Origin: Camelus dromedarius
Lineage: Eukaryota
NCBI RefSeq assembly: GCF_036321535.1
Contig: NC_087437.1
Location: 11,100,001-11,164,000, forward strand
Direction: 5' to 3'
DNA length: 64,000 nt
Under the pieces are notes generated by a model, which saw only the letters and a program-made list of their open reading frames with translations, was not told where the DNA came from and did not search any database. Shown piece after piece: positions 62,871-64,000 of this stretch. Both the position numbers and the translations under genes were made by a program. Position 1 is the first letter of the stretch. Every line of letters begins with the position of its first letter.

Positions 62871-64000
62871 CTTGTCAACAAAACAGCTGTAGCTGTTAAG
62901 GGAGAGAGAAATCTCAAACGTGGCACTTGCCTGGGAGACTGGAGGAATCCTGATACTGTGGAGAGAAGAGGGATTACTCCTGGAAGGTAAATTCTTCTTT
63001 GGGTTGTGTGAAACGGCAGCAGCCCCTTGCAGTTGAAGAGCAGAGACTGGAGCGTAGGTGTGAGGGAGGCCCAGGCTCATGTAGATGCGGACTGTAGCTG
63101 TCCTCGCAGAGGGTTTTGTTGAAGGAATTTAACTTCCATCTGCATCGTGGGAACAGTTGGTGAGGAGTGCAAGCTTGGGAGAGGGACGAAGAGCCAGACG
63201 GTTAAGGAACTAGAAGACAGCTGTGTCCTGAGGGAGGTGATGCAGGTAACAGTGCAGCACTCAGTGCGTCCTGTGGAAGGTATTTCTGTTCCAGCCTGTG
63301 CCTTCCAGTGTTGCAGCTTCTAGAGGACTGTTGCTTACGATCCAGCTAGATTTGTATGTAGGTCTTTTGGCCTTGAGATCATGAAACCATGGTTTTAGAA
63401 ATTGAGGTTTTAGAAAAATTTAATATTATTTACATTTTTATAGGTGTCTATTTCCTTGAAGGGAGCTGAATAGAGGGGCATAGGTCATCCAAGCACAAGC
63501 TGTTCACTGGAGGACCAGCCTCCCCTGATGATACTAACTCCAGTATCCTTTCCCACTTGCTGTTCCTTTTTTTGCCGTCTAGATGATTTTGTTTGTGGGG
63601 GCTGCTGTCATTCTTTCCCAGGTGTTGGTGGTGTAAATTACTGATGATGCAGTGTAAACCGGTTAACTTTCTTCTGTTAAGGTATGAGCTCTCTAAAGGA
63701 AGGAATTTTGGTTTGTTTTGTCCACTGATAATTCCCTAGCACCTATTCCAGTAACCACACACATTTAATAAGTGTGTGGTGAATGAACACATTGCAAGGA
63801 TGTAAAAGGAAACAATTACTTGAATATTAAAGGCAAGGGAGTAGTTTTGCAAAGATGACCCTCATAATTGCATGGCCAAAGTCAAATGTCAAGAGATCTA
63901 TCTCACTATTTTGTTTGGAAAATTGAACCCCCCCCCCCAAAAAAAAGCAGAAATCTCAATAGTCAACATTCAGTTTGTTTCTTTTTCCGTAAGAATTAGC

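Overview
Mammalian genomic DNA, very probably a camelid (alpaca, llama or camel), judged from about 16 copies of a vic-1-like tRNA-derived SINE. The window holds the syntenic NKIRAS1(-) / RPL15(+) / NR1D2(+) block. NKIRAS1 exon 1 and its first two coding exons are present (94+242 nt); its last exon lies left of the window. RPL15 is complete (4 exons, 204 aa, TCT/5'TOP start) and shares a CpG-island bidirectional promoter with NKIRAS1. NR1D2 (REV-ERB beta) coding exons 1-7 are present (1540 nt, all splice phases consistent); the last exon lies right of the window. The rest is introns and intergenic DNA with L1, L2, MIR, MaLR LTRs and DNA-transposon fossils; repeat boundaries and subfamily names are approximate. 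No prokaryote-type system is present. Most notable observations: (1) an 81-bp TTAA-flanked piggyBac-type MITE in NR1D2 intron 3 whose ends are E'-boxes; (2) Arg in place of the REV-ERB beta redox-switch cysteine (human C374); (3) a tailless 5'-half tRNA-Gln(CTG) retrocopy with a perfect 16-bp TSD; (4) a target site apparently used twice, with a probable L1 3' transduction; (5) a stop codon plus poly(A) signal just inside NR1D2 intron 5; (6) a regenerated 5' splice site at the start of RPL15 exon 2. Comparisons with human sequence are from memory and need checking.
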